Virus record (IMG/VR): IMGVR_UViG_3300038797_000108
Span: 1 to 26,003 of that record
DNA from: a virus
Taxonomy: Duplodnaviria > Caudoviricetes
Strand: one strand, 5' to 3'
Length of the DNA: 26,003 nucleotides
Positions 23,091 through 26,003 of the stretch are shown here, in pieces (the first letter of the stretch is position 1; every line of letters begins with the position of its first letter). A program made the position numbers and the translations under genes. A model generated the notes under the pieces. It was given only the letters and a program-made list of their open reading frames with translations. It had not been told where the DNA came from and searched no databases.

Positions 23091-25117
23091 TGATGGCGGA
23101 CAAGTTCCAGCTGAAGGCGTTAATCACAGGCGTCGACAAGCTGTCGCCGACGCTCAACGGGATCCGTAAGAACATCTCGGTGTTCAAGAAAAACCTCGAC
23201 AAGACCGGGCTGGGCAAAATCAGCTTCAGCGACGTGCTGGCCGGGGGCGCCTTGGCCGCGCCCTTTGTGGCGGGGGCGGCCGCGGCCATCGATTTTGAAT
23301 CGCAAATGGCCGACGTGAAGAAGGTGGTCAACTTCGACAAGCCGGAACAGTTCAAGCAAATGGGCGACGATATCGGTCGCCTGTCCGAGCGCCTGCCGAT
23401 GGCCGCCGGCGACATTGCGAAGATCGTCGCCGCTGGCGGGCAGTCCGGCATTGCCCGCGACGAGCTGCTGGGCTTTGCCGAGGCAGCGGTCAAAATGGGC
23501 ATTGCCTTTGACCAGTCCGCCGAGGAAAGCGGCGACATGATGGCCAAGTGGCGGACCTCGTTCAAAATGACCCAGGCCGATGTGGAGGGTCTGGCGGACC
23601 GCATCAACTACCTCGGCAACACCGGCCCGGCGAACACCAAGCAGATCTCCGACATCGTCACCCGAATCGGTCCGCTCGGTGCGATCGCCGGCCTGGCGTC
23701 GGGGCAAATCGCCGCCCTGGGCGCGACCATGGCCGGCGTCGGCATCGAGCAGGACGTGGCCGCCACCGGTATCAAAAACTTCATGCTGGCCCTGACCAAG
23801 GGCAGCGCGGCCACCAAGGGCCAGCAGCAGGCCTTCAAGGCGCTGCGTCTGGATTCCAAGGCCGTCGCCGCGGGCATGCAGAAAGACTCCCAAGGTACCC
23901 TGCTCGACGTGTTGACGCGGGTGAGCAAGGTCAAGGCGGAGTCGCAGGCGGGCTTGTTGACGACCTTGTTTGGCAGCGAGTCGGTTGGAGCGATCGCACC
24001 GTTGCTGACCAACCTTGATCTGCTCAAGAGCAATTTGCAGAAGGTCACCGACGAGAAGGAATACGGCGGCTCGATGGACAAGGAATACCAGTCCAGGGCG
24101 GCAACCACGGCTAACAATCTGCAACTGCTGCGTAACTCGGCCGCCAGTGTGGCGCGCGCCATCGGTGATGCGCTGCTGCCAGCCATCAACACGGTGGCCT
24201 CGGCACTGCGGCCGATGGTGTCGAGGGTGGCGCAAATCATTCAGGCCAATCCCGGCCTGGTCCGTGGGTTGGCGATTGCCGGCGCTGCCTTCACTGCCAT
24301 CCGCCTCGCGGTGTTCAGCGCGACGGTCGCGGTGCGGCTGCTCGGGGTCGCGTTTGCGGCCACTCCGATCGGCATTGCGGCGATGGCCATCGCGGCCGCG
24401 GCGGGGCTGATCGTGGCCAACTGGTCGACCCTGGCGCCGTATTTCGAGGCCTTATGGGCGAAAATCAAAGGCCCGGCCATGGTCGTCTGGGGCTGGTTCA
24501 AGCAGGCCTTTGCCTTCTCTCCGATTGGCCTGGTCGTCGAAAACTGGGGGCCGCTGACCGAGTTATTCAGGGCGTTATGGAGCATGCTGGTGGCCGTCTC
24601 GACGCCGGTCATGGACTTTCTCGGGCGCATGTTTGAGTGGTCGCCGCTCGGGATGATCATCAAGAACTGGGCGCCGATCACCGCATGGTTCCAGGATCTG
24701 TGGGCCACGCTGAAGCCGATCATCGAGCCAATCATGAAGTACTTCGGTGGCGGCGAGGGTGGTGACGGCATCATCGAGACCGCGACCAACAAGGCCAATG
24801 CGTTTGCCGAAGAGCAGCGCGTGCGCAATGCCGGCGTTGGGGGCGGTGACGGTTCTTTACTGACCGGCAAGTTCAACGCCGGGGCCGGCTCCGGGTCGCT
24901 GTTGGGCAGTACCAGCCTGGCGGCGCAATCGAGCAACCTGCTGCAGCAGACCGCGGCCAATCAGGCGCAGAAGGTCGATGGCGAGATTAACGTCAACATC
25001 AACGGCGCCCCCGCCGGGACCACCGTCGAACAAGCCAAAACCAGCCAGAGCGGGCTGAGTATCAAGCCCAGCGTGGGCACGCGAACCATTGGTGTGATGA
25101 GGCCTCAGAATGGATAG
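23090..25117 (+). CDS. Tail tape measure protein (TP901-type core)
   Basis: A.DFES.MADVKKV, LFG.ES, NNLQLL, and Trp-spaced repeats (PIGLVVENW / PLGMIIKNW). Confidence 0.93.
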   Translation: MMADKFQLKALITGVDKLSPTLNGIRKNISVFKKNLDKTGLGKISFSDVLAGGALAAPFVAGAAAAIDFESQMADVKKVVNFDKPEQFKQMGDDIGRLSERLPMAAGDIAKIVAAGGQSGIARDELLGFAEAAVKMGIAFDQSAEESGDMMAKWRTSFKMTQADVEGLADRINYLGNTGPANTKQISDIVTRIGPLGAIAGLASGQIAALGATMAGVGIEQDVAATGIKNFMLALTKGSAATKGQQQAFKALRLDSKAVAAGMQKDSQGTLLDVLTRVSKVKAESQAGLLTTLFGSESVGAIAPLLTNLDLLKSNLQKVTDEKEYGGSMDKEYQSRAATTANNLQLLRNSAASVARAIGDALLPAINTVASALRPMVSRVAQIIQANPGLVRGLAIAGAAFTAIRLAVFSATVAVRLLGVAFAATPIGIAAMAIAAAAGLIVANWSTLAPYFEALWAKIKGPAMVVWGWFKQAFAFSPIGLVVENWGPLTELFRALWSMLVAVSTPVMDFLGRMFEWSPLGMIIKNWAPITAWFQDLWATLKPIIEPIMKYFGGGEGGDGIIETATNKANAFAEEQRVRNAGVGGGDGSLLTGKFNAGAGSGSLLGSTSLAAQSSNLLQQTAANQAQKVDGEINVNINGAPAGTTVEQAKTSQSGLSIKPSVGTRTIGVMRPQNG

Positions 25118-26003
25118 AACCTGGCGCGATGCCGTATTGCCGGCGTCGTTTCGTGGGGTCAGTTTCCTGGTCCCGCAGACGTCGGTACCGGTGGGCATGA
25201 AAGGCCCGTTGCACGAATTCCCGCAACGCGACACGCCGTTTTTTGAGCAGATGGGCAAGCAGGCCCAGGTGCACAAGATGACCGCGTGGGTGGTCGGTGA
25301 TGACTGTTTCGAGCGCCGTGACAAGCTGATCGAGGCCCTGCAAACCCCTGGCCCCGGCGAGCTGGTGCACCCCTGGCTGGGGCGCCTGCAGGTCAAGGTC
25401 GGCGAGTGCGACATGGGCCACGAACGCAGCCAGGGCGGCATGGTCACGTTCGAGCTGACCTTTTACCCCGACCTGCCGCTGCAGTCGCCGTCGGCCAGGG
25501 TCAACACCCAGCAGCAGGTGGTGAAGTCCTCCAGCAGCCTGCTGGATGCCTCGCTGGGGCGTTATCAGTCGTCGATGGCCAGAGTCGACCAGGCGCGCCT
25601 CGGGCTGTCGAGCCTGCGCAGTAATCTGTCTGGGGTGTACGGGGCAATTCAGCAGCAATTCTCGCCGCTGCTCAGCACCTATTCGACCCTCAGCGGTTTT
25701 GCCCTGGCGCTGATGAATGCGCCCGGTTCGCTGTCGTCGTTGCTCGCCGGCTACTTCAGCAGCTTCGGCGGCAGCGACTATTTCGGCGGCAGCAGCTCCG
25801 GTGATTCCGCCGGTGGTTATCGGGCGGCGCTGGCAGACACGGCCCAGCAAAGCCAGACGGCCAGCACGATTGATACGGTCAGTCAGCAGGGTGGTCAGGA
25901 CACGGCGCTGGCCTCGCAAGCGGCTGCCAACCTGGTGCAGGACACCTTGCTGGTGAAGATCGGCTTGATCGTCAGCGAGATGCCGGTGGCCCAGCAACCG
26001 ACG
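25110..26003 (+). CDS. Mu-like DNA circularisation (gpN/gp43-like) protein, 3' end runs off the window; absent from the ORF track
   Basis: MDRTWRDAVLPASFRGVSFLV...HEFPQRDTPF.EQMGK...RDKLIEAL..PGPGELVHPWLG. Confidence 0.9.
   Translation, partial: MDRTWRDAVLPASFRGVSFLVPQTSVPVGMKGPLHEFPQRDTPFFEQMGKQAQVHKMTAWVVGDDCFERRDKLIEALQTPGPGELVHPWLGRLQVKVGECDMGHERSQGGMVTFELTFYPDLPLQSPSARVNTQQQVVKSSSSLLDASLGRYQSSMARVDQARLGLSSLRSNLSGVYGAIQQQFSPLLSTYSTLSGFALALMNAPGSLSSLLAGYFSSFGGSDYFGGSSSGDSAGGYRAALADTAQQSQTASTIDTVSQQGGQDTALASQAAANLVQDTLLVKIGLIVSEMPVAQQPT

Larger units (their letters stand above)
1..26003. mobile_element. Temperate prophage, internal portion (lambdoid immunity, HK97-like head, Mu/SfV-like contractile tail); neither att end is visible
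   Basis: Continuous phage gene order: early left operon, cI/cro, replication, Q-like, holin, HNH/terminase/portal/protease/capsid, then sheath/tube/tape measure. Confidence 0.97.

Noticed and set aside
12577-25997. Long minus-strand ORFs (12577-14163, 16803-18161, 20451-22133, 23120-24235, 25062-25997)
   Set aside because: Antisense shadows of GC-rich structural genes with no recognisable motifs

Overview
This window is the central part of a temperate Pseudomonas-type prophage (host inferred from the PrtN, holin and tail families). It has a lambdoid control region, an HK97-type cos-packaging head and a Mu/SfV-like contractile tail. Left to right: (1) a leftward early operon with two PrtN-family genes, a 56-aa CxxC/HxxC ORF absent from the ORF track, a C5 DNA methyltransferase, YfdP/YfdQ-like genes and a KilAC antirepressor-like gene; (2) pL, cI, pRM/pR and cro; (3) cII-like, TraR-like and primase-helicase genes, an iteron-rich candidate origin and a Q-like gene; (4) a late leader, holin, HNH, cos, terminase, portal, S49 protease, capsid and head-tail genes; (5) sheath, tube, frameshifted chaperone, tape measure and a partial DNA-circularisation gene. 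The main finding is a predicted ~82-nt two-hairpin small RNA on the minus strand between cro and cII (6682-6763). It has its own sigma70-like promoter and U-tail, and its two loops are complementary to boxes over the translation starts of four leftward-operon genes. This is a candidate RNA-based secondary immunity or early-gene silencing system. All calls come from reading the sequence by eye; no searches were run.
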